From Candidatus Hydrogenedentota bacterium (GTDB lineage: Bacteria > Hydrogenedentota > Hydrogenedentia > Hydrogenedentales > SLHB01): 64,000 nt of DNA. The notes under the pieces are model-generated. The model searched no databases. It was not told the DNA's origin and was given only the letters and a program-made list of their open reading frames with translations. The position numbers and the translations under genes were made by a program. Positions 63,485 through 64,000 of the stretch are shown here, piece after piece. Location of the stretch: positions 32,001-96,000 of the forward strand of contig CAVUWV010000010.1 in assembly GCA_963745075.1 (NCBI GenBank), written 5' to 3'. Numbering within the stretch: position 1 is the first letter of the stretch; every line of letters starts with the position of its first letter.

Positions 63485-64000
63485 ATGTCTGGTTTCGTCG
63501 ATGTCAGCGTTCGCCGATTGGAACCGGAAATCCTGGACCAGCCAGGATTGGATGCGCAGCGCCACGTCCACGCGCTGCGTGGTTTGGAACGCATCAACCT
63601 CCTCAGTCTGACCGCCAGTGCGTTACGCGGTCCCATACGGCAATTCGCCGCCCGTCATTCCGGACGGCCAGTACGGCTGCTCGATCTCGCGTCCGGCGCA
63701 GGCGACACGCCGATTCATCTCAAACGCTGGGCCGACAAGCGCAACATCCCCCTCGACATTCATGGGTGCGATATCAGCCCCATTTCCGTTGACTACGCGC
63801 AGCAACGTGCCGACGCACACCATGCCGATGTCTCATTCTTCGTACACGATGTCGTACGCGACGGCATACCCGAAGGTTTCGATATCGTCACGAGCACCCT
63901 GTTTCTCCACCACCTCCGCAACGATGATATCCGCGACTTGCTGCGTTCCGCGTCCAGAAATACACGCCTGGTTCTCGTCAGCGATTTGGTTCGCGGTTGG
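63485..64000 (+). CDS. SAM-dependent methyltransferase (3' truncated by window)
   Basis: E.LD.P, L..IN, LLDLASGAGD, GCDIS, FLHHL. Confidence 0.85.
   Translation, partial: MSGFVDVSVRRLEPEILDQPGLDAQRHVHALRGLERINLLSLTASALRGPIRQFAARHSGRPVRLLDLASGAGDTPIHLKRWADKRNIPLDIHGCDISPISVDYAQQRADAHHADVSFFVHDVVRDGIPEGFDIVTSTLFLHHLRNDDIRDLLRSASRNTRLVLVSDLVRGW

Overview
High-GC bacterial chromosome segment. Gene content and style suggest a Hydrogenedentota/PVC-like organism, which is inference only. The left 15 kb holds a tmRNA gene (ssrA, 15121-15478, minus strand, tag ANEPLALAA). Its 3' end is repeated twice downstream (8577-8602 and 640-665), delimiting two tandem islets of about 6.5 and 7.9 kb. Neither islet encodes a recognisable integrase, yet each carries its own short motif near both ends, placed like arm-type integrase binding sites. 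Their cargo is conflict/defence-like or uncharacterised: AlbA-ATPase, TOTE-type primase-helicase, a PD-(D/E)XK-like protein, AAA_14, two CcbP-like proteins, DUF1186-SEC-C and a LexA-type HTH. The rest is mostly core genome: smpB, tolA-like/tolB, glycosyltransferases, a MoxR-DUF58-BatABCDE-glnD-degP operon, a diguanylate cyclase, cheX, gmhA, a GH36 galactosidase, hicBA and thiC. It also has a Hel308/Ski2-like helicase with a near-consensus sigma70 promoter containing a CTG-N10-CAG palindrome, and a REP-associated tyrosine transposase with its REPs. Several intergenic repeat families are present. About eleven single-base frameshifts in housekeeping genes look like sequencing indels.
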